Source: Acinetobacter wanghuae (GTDB lineage Bacteria; Pseudomonadota; Gammaproteobacteria; Pseudomonadales; Moraxellaceae). Taken from it: DNA of 32,000 bases. The translations under genes and the position numbers were made by a program. Below the pieces are notes generated by a model. It did no database searches. It saw only the letters and a program-made list of their open reading frames with translations, and was not told the DNA's origin. The stretch covers positions 1,470,001 to 1,502,000 of the forward strand of contig NZ_CP045650.1 of NCBI RefSeq assembly GCF_009557235.1, read 5' to 3'. How positions within the stretch are numbered: position 1 is the first letter of the stretch; every line of letters starts with the position of its first letter. Shown here piece by piece: positions 21,731-30,829 of this stretch.

Positions 21731-23134
21731 GTGCGCAAATATCTTATAACAATCAAAACAAAATCAAATCTATTCAAGAAAAGTATCATGTCTTTGGGTT
21801 TCATCACATTATCCGTCTTGAATTCGAGCATCCAGGCTGAGGTGCAATCAGAACTCTCTCGCACAATGTTTGAAACGACACTCAACAATGGTTTAAAAGT
21901 GATTATTCGGGAAGACCATCGTGCGCCTATGGTGATGACACATATTTGGTATAAAGTCGGCAGCAATGATGAATCAGGCAATGTCTTAGGTGTATCCCAT
22001 GTGCTTGAACACATGATGTTCAAAGGGACAAGCAAAGTTCCCAATGATGAATTTACCCGATTAAGTCGCATCTACGGCGGTCGTATCAATGCGGCAACAT
22101 CCAATAATTACACCAATTATTATCAACTTTATCCTAAAGCGTATTTCCCCATGGCATTGGAACTTGAAGCAGATCGCATGACCAATTTGGTATTGCGTCA
22201 ACAAGACTTTGAGCCTGAAATAAAGGTCGTCATGGAAGAACGTCGGCAACGCACCGAAGATCATCCTCGTGCACGTGCATTTGAACGCTTTAAATGGATC
22301 AGTTATCCCACCAGTCACTATCGTCAACCTGTGATTGGTCACATGAAAACCTTAAATAACATCCAATTAAGTGATGTGAAGAAATGGTATCAAGATTGGT
22401 ATAGCCCTAATAATGCTATTTTGGTCATCGTAGGCGATGTCGATGCAGAACAAGCACTACAACAGGTACAAAAATACTTTGGCAATATTCCAGCGCGACC
22501 GACACCACAACGCAATGATGTACTTGAATTTGAGCGGCTTGGCTATCGGCATATGGAAATCAAAACCAATATTCAAGTCCCAAACTTGTATATGACATGG
22601 AATACCAAAAGCATCGGCAGTGCCAAAAATCCACAAGATGCTTATGCCCTCAGTATTATTCGTAGTTTACTCGACAGTGGCATTTCATCTCGCTTGCAAG
22701 AGCGCTTGGTGCGAGATCGTAAAGTACTCACCTCGGTCAGTGTGGCTTATGATCCCTATAGTCGCGGTGATGGATTATTGAGTATTTCAGCACTGCCTGC
22801 GCCTGGTATCAGCATTCAATTTGCTGAGCAAGCGATTCAACAGCAAATTGATTTGTTAAAAACCGCTTCTATTTCTCGGCAAGAGATTGAACGTATTCGC
22901 ACACGCTTTATCGCCAATTTAATTTATGGTCAGGACGATCTGGCAGCTCAAGCGAAAATGATCGGAAATTTAGAAGTGAATGGATTAAGTTATCGTCTCA
23001 TGGATCAACTACCGCAACACTTCGAAAAGGTCAGTAGCCAAGATATTCAGCGCGTTGCCAATACTTATTTGGTACGAGAGAATCTGAGTACGCTTTATAT
23101 TGTGCCAGAAATGCCTGAAACCAAACCCAAATAG
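21731..23134 (+). CDS. M16 (pitrilysin) family zinc peptidase, active subunit
   Basis: Inverted zinc motif HxxEH (GVSHVLEHMMFKGT) and a downstream Glu region (VVMEERRQR). The track start at 21707 is a TTG. The GTG at 21731 has GGAAG 5 nt upstream and yields a basic n-region plus a hydrophobic core ending SIQA. The ATG at 21788 is another option. Confidence 0.85.
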   Translation: MRKYLITIKTKSNLFKKSIMSLGFITLSVLNSSIQAEVQSELSRTMFETTLNNGLKVIIREDHRAPMVMTHIWYKVGSNDESGNVLGVSHVLEHMMFKGTSKVPNDEFTRLSRIYGGRINAATSNNYTNYYQLYPKAYFPMALELEADRMTNLVLRQQDFEPEIKVVMEERRQRTEDHPRARAFERFKWISYPTSHYRQPVIGHMKTLNNIQLSDVKKWYQDWYSPNNAILVIVGDVDAEQALQQVQKYFGNIPARPTPQRNDVLEFERLGYRHMEIKTNIQVPNLYMTWNTKSIGSAKNPQDAYALSIIRSLLDSGISSRLQERLVRDRKVLTSVSVAYDPYSRGDGLLSISALPAPGISIQFAEQAIQQQIDLLKTASISRQEIERIRTRFIANLIYGQDDLAAQAKMIGNLEVNGLSYRLMDQLPQHFEKVSSQDIQRVANTYLVRENLSTLYIVPEMPETKPK

Positions 23135-23145
23135 GGAGCAAGACG

Positions 23146-24633
23146 ATGTTGTATATAAAGAAACTTGCTCTTATCTGCACCATTTCTTTCTATTCAAACG
23201 CGTGGGCAGAAATCGACTTACATACCGATGAACCGACCGAAGATCCCTCTACTCAACTACAGAGTATGAAGAGCTTACAAAGTTTAAAATCAGTGACCCT
23301 GAATGCTGAAGCGCAAGCTCCGTTGGTACACGATTTAAAAAATCGTCACAACGTTCGCACGCTCTTTGTTGAGACCCAAGATTTACCCATGGTTGATATT
23401 CAACTGACCTTTGATGCAGGTGCAGCACGTGATGGCGAGATTGAATCCGGTTTATCTGGCCTTTCGACCATGGCAGCAAAACTGATGCGCGAAGGTACAC
23501 AGAAATATACAGCTCAACAAATTGCAGCAGTCTTTGATGAAACGGGTGCACAATTTAGCGTACAAAGTTATCGCGATATGTTTGTGGTACGTTTGCGTAA
23601 GCTTTCCGATCCGAAAAAGCTTGAAACGGCACTGAATATGCTGCTTGAAGTTCTAAAAAATTCGACCTTTAAACCACACAGCATTGGCATGGTGGTGAGT
23701 AATACACAAGTAGGACAAAAACAGCTTAAGGAAAATCCAAGCCGTTTAATGGATATTCAGTTTTATCGTACTGTATACGGTGCGCACCCTTATGCTGAAC
23801 CGATTTCTGGCACCATCGGCAGCACTAAAAAAATCACATCGGAACATCTTAAAAAATTCCGCGATCAATTTTTGGTGGCGCAAAATATGAATATTGCCAT
23901 TACGGGCAAATTAACAGCAAAACAGGCACTCGCTCTCTCAGAACGAATTTCAACAGGCATTCGACAAGGTCAAGCGGCTCAGGATTTAAGCCAACCTCAA
24001 GCGAACACGGATTTTGTGATTCGACATTTTCCGTACAGTGCATCCCAAGCCTATGTCACTATGGGACATATTGGACCCGCTCGCGCGACAAAAGATAAAT
24101 TGGCTTTAGATATTGCCAATCGGATGTTTGGCGGTGGAGGATTTAATAGTGTGTTAATGCAAGAACTGCGAGTAAAACGCGGTCTAGCCTATAGCGCTTA
24201 TAGTTCCTTTGTATTTAGCCAAGCACCTGGCATTTTTAGCTTAAAGTTTTCTACTCGTGAAGATCAGCTTTTGGAAAGCATTCAGGTTGCACACCAAGCC
24301 ATGATTAAGTTTGTGAATGAACCCATTGATGCTCAAAGACTTGCCGAAACCAAAGCGGGCATGTTGCGTTCGTTCCCTAATTATTACAGCAGCAATGCCA
24401 GCATGAACTCCGTATTAGGTTCTATGGGCTTTTACAATGAGCCAAACGATTATTTATCAGCATATGCTGAACGTTTAAGCAAAATTACTGCTGAGGATGT
24501 ACAAAAAGCAGTTCGAACCCACATACAACCAGCGCGTTTGAATTTAGTGATTCTGACGAGTGAGTTAGATCAAAATGCATTAAGAACCATGTTGCAACAA
24601 AATTTAAATACGAGCCATACCACCCCACGTTAA
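23146..24633 (+). CDS. M16 family peptidase, catalytically inactive partner subunit
   Basis: Same fold, but the position aligned to HxxEH reads GLSTMAAKLMREGT (His/Glu/His replaced). Signal peptide MLYIKKLALICTISFYSNAWA. It starts 11 nt after the active subunit, with a GGGAG SD. Confidence 0.85.
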   Translation: MLYIKKLALICTISFYSNAWAEIDLHTDEPTEDPSTQLQSMKSLQSLKSVTLNAEAQAPLVHDLKNRHNVRTLFVETQDLPMVDIQLTFDAGAARDGEIESGLSGLSTMAAKLMREGTQKYTAQQIAAVFDETGAQFSVQSYRDMFVVRLRKLSDPKKLETALNMLLEVLKNSTFKPHSIGMVVSNTQVGQKQLKENPSRLMDIQFYRTVYGAHPYAEPISGTIGSTKKITSEHLKKFRDQFLVAQNMNIAITGKLTAKQALALSERISTGIRQGQAAQDLSQPQANTDFVIRHFPYSASQAYVTMGHIGPARATKDKLALDIANRMFGGGGFNSVLMQELRVKRGLAYSAYSSFVFSQAPGIFSLKFSTREDQLLESIQVAHQAMIKFVNEPIDAQRLAETKAGMLRSFPNYYSSNASMNSVLGSMGFYNEPNDYLSAYAERLSKITAEDVQKAVRTHIQPARLNLVILTSELDQNALRTMLQQNLNTSHTTPR

Positions 24634-24652
24634 GTGATACATTCAATTCTTG

Positions 24653-24970
24653 TCAGTCTTCTTGAATAGGCGGTAGCTGATTTGCACGCGTTGATTCTTG
24701 TTGATAGGCTTGCATTAATTTAAGGTATTGCCCACGCGTCATGTGCTGCTGTTGCACCAAATGCGCTGCTAAATCTTGGGTTTGTGGCAAATTATATTGT
24801 TGCGATAAAGCAAAGGCTTGGCGAAATTGATGAGCCGAAATAGGACGAAATAAAGCAACACTCGCCATGGCAATAATCAACACGACAATAAAAACAATAA
24901 CACTGTTATAAATTTGTTCTAGCGTTAATTTTGAAAAAAACGCATTCATTTTTTCAATATTGAAAGACAT
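24653..24970 (-). CDS. hypothetical small bitopic membrane protein
   Basis: 105 aa with one hydrophobic helix (IYNSVIVFIVVLIIAMASVALF) and a Gln-rich C-terminal tail. ATG start with GAGG 7 nt upstream. I recognise no family. Confidence 0.5.
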   Translation of the reverse strand: MSFNIEKMNAFFSKLTLEQIYNSVIVFIVVLIIAMASVALFRPISAHQFRQAFALSQQYNLPQTQDLAAHLVQQQHMTRGQYLKLMQAYQQESTRANQLPPIQED

Positions 24971-25057
24971 ACACTACCTCAAGTTAAAAGTAGTGTATGT
25001 ATCTCACTCATGAAGTTCAAGTCAGGATGAGAATTTGTCTATAATTTAGCTTAGTCA

Positions 25058-25417
25058 TTAAGAAATGTGGGTACGTACTACCGCAAACCATAAAATCATG
25101 ACGATAAATGCCAATACGATGAAAATGGTAAAGACACTTAGACCTGCTTCCGCCTGCTCTGGATGTAAAGGATCCTCTTCGGCACTACGGGCGAGTTCAT
25201 CATTATAAATTTTGTAGAACTGGGCACGCTGCTCTACATCTAGATCGCGAGTGAAATGATAAACTTCAATACGCTGTGCCAAAGTAAAGTTACCTAAATG
25301 AACGTCTTTTTCATAGATTGCATTATGGATTTTATGACGATGATCTTGCGCCAAGGCAATAATTTGACCTGCGGTTGGCGGCATATCAAACTGAATTCCA
25401 TCGAGTGTTCTTGTCAT
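25058..25417 (-). CDS. hypothetical tail-anchored membrane protein
   Basis: 119 aa with a soluble N-terminal part and a single C-terminal helix (LSVFTIFIVLAFIVMILWFAVV). Strong AAGGAG SD. I recognise no family. Confidence 0.6.
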   Translation of the reverse strand: MTRTLDGIQFDMPPTAGQIIALAQDHRHKIHNAIYEKDVHLGNFTLAQRIEVYHFTRDLDVEQRAQFYKIYNDELARSAEEDPLHPEQAEAGLSVFTIFIVLAFIVMILWFAVVRTHIS

Positions 25418-25635
25418 GGCAATCTCCTTTTATTTATGGATTAGCTTATTTATATCTTAATGATTATTGTATTTGCATATCGTTTAATCATGTAAACTAC
25501 ACTGAAGCCAAAAATAAAACCAACGATAGTTGACTTTTCCATTATTTTGTAATATTAGTTTAATAATACTCTGCTAGAGTACTTTTTAGGTCAAGTGACC
25601 CATCCTGTAATCATAATTAAAACTAAGGAGAACTT

Positions 25636-25869
25636 ATGATGAATACACTCCCTCAACATGACTTAGAGCATGTGTATGCTGATGCAGTCAATACAATTCA
25701 ATCTCAAATGAATTTTGCAGACGCAGTCACACAACTCGAATCTGCAGCACGTGCTGGACATGGTAAAGCAGCGCTATTTTTAGCTGAACTTTATTATCAA
25801 GGTTTCCGTGTGGAACGCGATTCGCTCAAAGCGCAATACTGGCAAAATCTTGCCACACTACAAGCATGA
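25636..25869 (+). CDS. small Sel1-repeat (TPR-like) protein
   Basis: 77 aa. GHGKAALFLAELYYQGFRVERDSLKAQYWQNLA fits the Sel1 repeat consensus. AAGGAG SD 5 nt upstream, and its own terminator. Confidence 0.65.
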   Translation: MMNTLPQHDLEHVYADAVNTIQSQMNFADAVTQLESAARAGHGKAALFLAELYYQGFRVERDSLKAQYWQNLATLQA

Positions 25870-25873
25870 TCAA

Positions 25874-25897
25874 ACGTCACCTAGGTGGCGTTTTTTT
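25874..25897 (+). terminator. rho-independent terminator after the Sel1-repeat ORF
   Basis: Stem acgtcac/gtggcgt (one G-U pair) followed by T7. It starts 5 nt after the stop. Confidence 0.7.
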
Positions 25898-26021
25898 AAC
25901 CTTATTGATTGATAAATGAAAAGAAATTTACGTTTTGTTGCAAAGCTTTTCACAGTTCAAACACACATCACAGCAGAAGCTTTTACAATAAATTATCTCT
26001 GATATTTATTAAAAATAAACC

Positions 26022-26396
26022 ATGAAATTTATAGCAACCTATAAACCCATCTCTCAAGATTTATTTTTAAAAATAACCCTGTTGAAGTCGATGATGTATT
26101 GCGGTGTGTTATGGGGATTATATCAAGATGGATGGGCGATGACCCGAGATCAAGGTGATGCGATCTTTCCATTTTGGCTGAGCCCTGTTCAAGCAGAAAA
26201 ATATGCCAAGCAACATTGGCCCAATTATACGGTGAGAAAAATCCGTGCCGATGACTTTAATCACGCGCTATTACCCACGCTAGAACGCTTAGATGTTATT
26301 CCCGCACTGTATACATCAAAGCATCAAAAACTCAAACTCACCCCTTTACAAATGACACACTTCTTTTTTTCAACGCCAAGACTGCACTTTAGTTAA
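26022..26396 (+). CDS. hypothetical protein, possibly DUF2750-like
   Basis: 124 aa. VLWGLYQDGWAM....IFPFWLSPVQAEKYA...W..Y recalls the DUF2750 pattern, but I cannot confirm this without a profile search. There is no SD at 26022, so the start is uncertain. Confidence 0.5.
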   Translation: MKFIATYKPISQDLFLKITLLKSMMYCGVLWGLYQDGWAMTRDQGDAIFPFWLSPVQAEKYAKQHWPNYTVRKIRADDFNHALLPTLERLDVIPALYTSKHQKLKLTPLQMTHFFFSTPRLHFS

Positions 26397-26480
26397 AGAT
26401 CGTGGTATTTATAATATGAAGCATCCCAACACCTGACAGATGCACTATGGACCAATAATAAACATAAGGAAACCAGACCC

Positions 26481-26912
26481 ATGACGACTGTTGCCCAAGT
26501 TTTAAAAGAAAAATTACACCAAGAGATTTATCGTATTCGCCCAGATGCGACTGTTTTAGAAGCCATTACCTTAATGGCTGAAAAAGGCATCGGCGCGCTT
26601 GTTGTCATGCATGAAGATCGTGTTGTCGGGATTTTATCTGAGCGCGATTACACGCGTAAAATCACCCTCATGGAAAGAACCTCATTTAACACCACGGTCA
26701 ATGAAATTATGACCTCCAATGTCATTACGGTAAGTTCAAGCCATACTGTAGATCAATGTTTGGAATTGATGACAGATCGTCATTTACGACATTTACCCGT
26801 CATTGATCAAGATAAACTGGTCGGTTTCATTTCGATTGGTGATTTAGTCAAAGCCGCGATGGAGGATCAACACAAATTGATTGAACAGCTACAGCAGTAT
26901 ATTTCAGGGTAA
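26481..26912 (+). CDS. CBS-pair domain protein
   Basis: 143 aa with two tandem CBS motifs (..GIGALVVMHEDRVVGILSERD.. and ..IMTSNVITV...HLRHLPVIDQDKLVGFISIGDLV). AGGAA SD. Confidence 0.85.
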   Translation: MTTVAQVLKEKLHQEIYRIRPDATVLEAITLMAEKGIGALVVMHEDRVVGILSERDYTRKITLMERTSFNTTVNEIMTSNVITVSSSHTVDQCLELMTDRHLRHLPVIDQDKLVGFISIGDLVKAAMEDQHKLIEQLQQYISG

Positions 26913-26994
26913 AAATTGAATAAAATTTCACACTTATTTTTAAATTGTAATGACAATGAAATGATTTAAACATCACATTTTTAGCATTTTAATC

Positions 26995-27022
26995 AAAAAT
27001 CCCGAACGAATTCGGGATTTTT
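26995..27022. terminator. bidirectional terminator between the CBS gene and the trpB-like gene
   Basis: Perfect palindrome aaaaatcccgaa-cgaa-ttcgggattttt. It lies 13 nt beyond the trpB-like stop (minus strand) and 83 nt beyond the CBS stop (plus strand). Confidence 0.8.
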
Positions 27023-27034
27023 GTATATTGAAAA

Positions 27035-28243
27035 CTAGTTCAGTCCTAACTTAGCTGCAACATAGTCTGCATCTTTATCGCCACGTCCAGATAAATTGAC
27101 CACAATTTTGGTATCTTTCGGAAGTTGAGCCGCTTCACGAATCGCCCATGCCACTGCGTGTGAGCTTTCTAAAGCAGGCACAATCCCTTCAACACGTGAT
27201 AACGTCATAAATGCATCTAAACATTCTTGATCGGTTGCCGTGCTGTATTCCACACGTCCCAAATCTTTGAGCAAACTGTGCTGAGGACCGACGCCAGGAT
27301 AATCCAAACCTGAAGCAATTGAATGTACAGGAAGTGGTTCGCCCTTCTCATCTTCAAGGACATAGCATGCCATACCATGAATCTGGCTTGGCTTACCTAA
27401 AGTTAATGTTGCGGAGTGCATATCAGTATCTAAACCTAAACCCGCTGGCTCAACGCCCACCAATTTTACATTTGGTTCATTTAAAAATGCAGTAAATGCA
27501 CCTAAAGCATTTGATCCACCACCGACACATGCCACGATATAATCAGGATTTGCACCAAAACGCTCATGCGTCTGCACTTTAATTTCATCACCAATAATAG
27601 ATTGGAAATCACGTACCATCATTGGGAATGGATGTGGACCGACCACTGAACCAATCGCGTAAATATAGTCTTTTGGATTTTTGAGATATTCCTCAAAAGC
27701 ACTATCTACCGCATCTTTCAGCGTGGCAGTTCCACGCGTCACTGAAATTAGATTTGCACCCAAAATTTTCATTTTGACCACATTGGGATGTTCTTTCTCA
27801 ATGTCCACTTGCCCCATATGAATTTCACATGGAATACCAACTAATGCACACGCCGTTGCCAGTGCAACACCATGCTGTCCTGCGCCCGTTTCTGCAATGA
27901 CTTTGGTTTTTCCCATATATTTGGCAAGTAAAGCTTCGCCTAAGCAATGGTTAATTTTATGTGCGCCGGTGTGATTTAAATCTTCACGTTTTAAATAAAT
28001 TTGTGCGCCGCCCAATTGATCTGACAGACGTTTAGCATGAAATAATGGACTTGGACGCCCCACATAGTGAGCAAAGAGTTCTTTTAATTCATTCTGGAAT
28101 TCGGCAGTTTGACGAATTTCTTGGTAAGCGACATTAATATCATCCATCGCTTGTTTTAAATCAGGCGGAATAAACTGACCGCCATAATTACCAAAAAAAC
28201 CCTCTTCATTTGGCAAAGCGATGCCATTAATTTGATGATCCAT
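27035..28243 (-). CDS. trpB: tryptophan synthase beta-chain family PLP enzyme (orphan copy, no trpA or trpF nearby)
   Basis: Colinear with E. coli TrpB over the full length: [27 protein letters not shown] (PLP lysine), [49 protein letters not shown]. Confidence 0.85.
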   Translation of the reverse strand: MDHQINGIALPNEEGFFGNYGGQFIPPDLKQAMDDINVAYQEIRQTAEFQNELKELFAHYVGRPSPLFHAKRLSDQLGGAQIYLKREDLNHTGAHKINHCLGEALLAKYMGKTKVIAETGAGQHGVALATACALVGIPCEIHMGQVDIEKEHPNVVKMKILGANLISVTRGTATLKDAVDSAFEEYLKNPKDYIYAIGSVVGPHPFPMMVRDFQSIIGDEIKVQTHERFGANPDYIVACVGGGSNALGAFTAFLNEPNVKLVGVEPAGLGLDTDMHSATLTLGKPSQIHGMACYVLEDEKGEPLPVHSIASGLDYPGVGPQHSLLKDLGRVEYSTATDQECLDAFMTLSRVEGIVPALESSHAVAWAIREAAQLPKDTKIVVNLSGRGDKDADYVAAKLGLN

Positions 28244-28350
28244 AGTGATTCCTAACTGGGGAATAAAATATATACAAGTGACTTTATACTAAAAGAATTT
28301 TTTTTAAATCTCTAATAACATTAGATAAAGCCACTTATAGATAAATGGAA

Positions 28351-29538
28351 TCAACGCGCAAGATACTTCGTCATATCTTCAACCCCTTTCAGGGTCATTG
28401 GAAACATATGATTGTCAAAAATTTGCCGAATTAAACCAATGCTTTGGGTGTAATGCCAATATTGATCCTCTTCGGGATTGAGCCATGCAGTTTTATCAAA
28501 ATGCTGACGCAGACGCTGTAGCCAAACTTGCCCCGCTTCATCATTCATATATTCCACCGAACCACCCACCGAGGTCAGTTCATACGGTGCCATACTCGCG
28601 TCACCAACCACAATCACGCGATAATCCCGCCCATAGGTATTGAACAAATCCCAAGTATTCATACGTGTACTAGAACGACGCACATTGTCTTTCCACACAT
28701 AATCATAGAGACAATTATGGAAATAAAAATACTCAAGGGTTTTGAATTCCGTCTTCGCAGCAGTAAACAGTTTTTCACATTGCGCGATATGAGAATCCAT
28801 CGATCCACCCACATCAAACAACATTAATACTTTAATGCGATTACGGCGTTCAGGCACTAACTGCACATCTAAAATGCCTTGCTTGGCAGTTTCTCGAATT
28901 GTGCCATCAATATCTAGCTCTTCCGCTGCACCTTGACGGGCAAACTTACGCAAACGACGCAATGCCATTTGCATTTGTCGGCCGCCTAAAATCTGTTCAT
29001 CATCTAGATTACGATATTGGCGTTGTTCCCAAACTTTGACTGCCGATCGTTTACGTCCCGGACCACCAATGCGCACACCTTCAGGATGATCACCAAAGGC
29101 ACCGAATGGTGATGTACCCCCCGTGCCGATCATCTTATTACCACCTTGATGTTTTTTATGCTGTTCGCGTAATCGCTCTTCTAGCATTTTCATCAATTCT
29201 TCGAGCGAACCGGCTTTTTTCAGTTCTTCACGTTGCTCTGGTGTGAGGTGTTTCTCTAATAGTTCGAGATCAAACCAGTCTTTAGGTAATTTATGAACTT
29301 GATTAAGGAGTTCATCAAGATCAAAAGTTTGAATACCATCAAAATAATCTTTCATGGCACGATCGAACTTATCGAAATAACGTTCGTCTTTAACCATGAC
29401 GGTCTTAGTAAGCTGATAAAACTCATCTTGATCGGCAAAAACCAAACCTGCCGCCACTGCTTGATTCAGATCAATCAGTTCACGTGTGGAAACAGGCACA
29501 CCGTATTTGCGTAAGGTATAAAACAGGCGCACAAACAT
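28351..29538 (-). CDS. VWA domain protein, CoxE-like
   Basis: The N-terminus (FVRLFYTLRKYGVPVSTRELIDL) is typical of CoxE-type VWA proteins, and the C-terminal VWA domain has a MIDAS-position sequence LMLFDVGGSMDS. It starts 13 nt after the MoxR gene, with a GGAG SD. Confidence 0.8.
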   Translation of the reverse strand: MFVRLFYTLRKYGVPVSTRELIDLNQAVAAGLVFADQDEFYQLTKTVMVKDERYFDKFDRAMKDYFDGIQTFDLDELLNQVHKLPKDWFDLELLEKHLTPEQREELKKAGSLEELMKMLEERLREQHKKHQGGNKMIGTGGTSPFGAFGDHPEGVRIGGPGRKRSAVKVWEQRQYRNLDDEQILGGRQMQMALRRLRKFARQGAAEELDIDGTIRETAKQGILDVQLVPERRNRIKVLMLFDVGGSMDSHIAQCEKLFTAAKTEFKTLEYFYFHNCLYDYVWKDNVRRSSTRMNTWDLFNTYGRDYRVIVVGDASMAPYELTSVGGSVEYMNDEAGQVWLQRLRQHFDKTAWLNPEEDQYWHYTQSIGLIRQIFDNHMFPMTLKGVEDMTKYLAR

Positions 29539-29551
29539 GCGTGTTTCTCCC

Positions 29552-30403
29552 TTAGCGACGTGACATAAAGGCTAAACGCTCTAGCAGCGCAACATCTTGC
29601 TCATTTTTAATCAAAGCACCATATAAAGGTGGAATGGCTTTTGATTTGTCGCTATTACGCAAAATATCTTCTGGCATATCATCTGCCATAAGCAGGCTTA
29701 ACCAATCGATGAGTTCTGAAGTTGAAGGTGGTTTTTTAAGACCCGGAATTTGACGCAATTTAAAGAAGACTTGTAGCGCTTCTGACACCAACGTTGCTGA
29801 GATCTGATCGAAATGCACATCGATAATCTCACGCATGGTCGCCTCATCAGGGAATTCAATATAATGGAAGAAACAACGACGCAAGAATGCATCTGGCAGC
29901 TCTTTTTCATTATTTGAAGTGATGATCACAATTGGGCGTTGTTTTGCGGTTATGGTTTCGCCTGTCTCATACACATAGAACGACATTTTGTCGAGTTCAT
30001 GTAATAGATCATTCGGGAATTCGATGTCGGCTTTGTCAATTTCATCAATTAACAACACACAGCGTTCATCACTGGTAAATGCTTCCCAAAGTTTACCCGG
30101 TTTAATATAGTTTTTGATGTCATAGACACGATCATCGCCTAACTGACTGTCACGCAGACGCGATACCGCATCGTACTCATACAAACCTTGTTGCGCTTTC
30201 GTGGTCGATTTAATGTGCCAAGTAATGAGTTTCATACCCAAACTTTCAGCCACTTGCTCAGCAAGTAAGGTTTTACCTGTTCCCGGCTCACCTTTGACTA
30301 AAAGCGGTTTTTGCAGACTGCGCGCTGCTTTTACCGCAAGTTTGAGACTATCAGTCGCAATATACTGATCCGTACCTGAAAATTGTTGATGATCGACAGA
30401 CAT
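29552..30403 (-). CDS. MoxR-family AAA+ ATPase (CoxD/AAA_5-like)
   Basis: Walker A GEPGTGKT, Walker B VLLIDEIDKA, sensor-1 region IVIITSNN, LPDAFLRRC. Its size (283 aa) is typical of MoxR ATPases paired with VWA proteins. Confidence 0.88.
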   Translation of the reverse strand: MSVDHQQFSGTDQYIATDSLKLAVKAARSLQKPLLVKGEPGTGKTLLAEQVAESLGMKLITWHIKSTTKAQQGLYEYDAVSRLRDSQLGDDRVYDIKNYIKPGKLWEAFTSDERCVLLIDEIDKADIEFPNDLLHELDKMSFYVYETGETITAKQRPIVIITSNNEKELPDAFLRRCFFHYIEFPDEATMREIIDVHFDQISATLVSEALQVFFKLRQIPGLKKPPSTSELIDWLSLLMADDMPEDILRNSDKSKAIPPLYGALIKNEQDVALLERLAFMSRR

Positions 30404-30424
30404 GACTTAACCTTATTGTTGTAT

Positions 30425-30808
30425 TTACAGCGGTGAACTCTTCTTGTTCAAAACTATCTCTGGTTTATTCGCACGATAGTTTGACCAGCAATAGCCTAGC
30501 AATGCACCAACACCTACGACAAATAAAATCAGTGACGCATTAATCCAAATTAAAGGTTGATCTTTGGTTAAAATCCCGAACAACAAACCAAATATTGCTG
30601 GCGCGACTGAAGAATTCGGTCCTTCAGATACCGTAGGTGTCAGCAAAATGGCAAACATGATGATCCATAGCAAACCACCCACCGGTTTTGGAATACGCTT
30701 GGTGACGCCGTACCAACACAACAGTGCAATGATACTGCCGATAACGTAGACTAAAATAGCGATTAAATCTTCAGGAATTGAATCCATTACAGCGACATAA
30801 CCGTTCAT
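30425..30808 (-). CDS. small integral membrane protein (about 4 TM), uncharacterised
   Basis: 127 aa with four hydrophobic stretches (LIAILVYVIGSIIALLCWYGV, GLLWIIMFAILLTP, APAIFGLLFGIL, ASLILFVVGVGALLGYCW). Strong AGGAG SD. 21-nt gaps to both neighbours. Confidence 0.65.
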   Translation of the reverse strand: MNGYVAVMDSIPEDLIAILVYVIGSIIALLCWYGVTKRIPKPVGGLLWIIMFAILLTPTVSEGPNSSVAPAIFGLLFGILTKDQPLIWINASLILFVVGVGALLGYCWSNYRANKPEIVLNKKSSPL

Positions 30809-30829
30809 TTCACAACTCCTGAAATTGCA

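Noticed and set aside
20421-23551. Shadow ORFs within ftsY and the M16 genes (20421..20663, 20845..21030, 20889..21152, 21186..21404, 21670..22071, 22061..22342, 23249..23551).
   Set aside because: All are out of frame or antisense to genes with diagnostic motifs.
25020-25050. A plus-strand promoter-like TTCAAG-N18-TATAAT pointing antisense into the 3' end of the 119-aa gene.
   Set aside because: The -35 is weak, the spacer is long and the context is AT-rich. This is insufficient to propose an antisense RNA.
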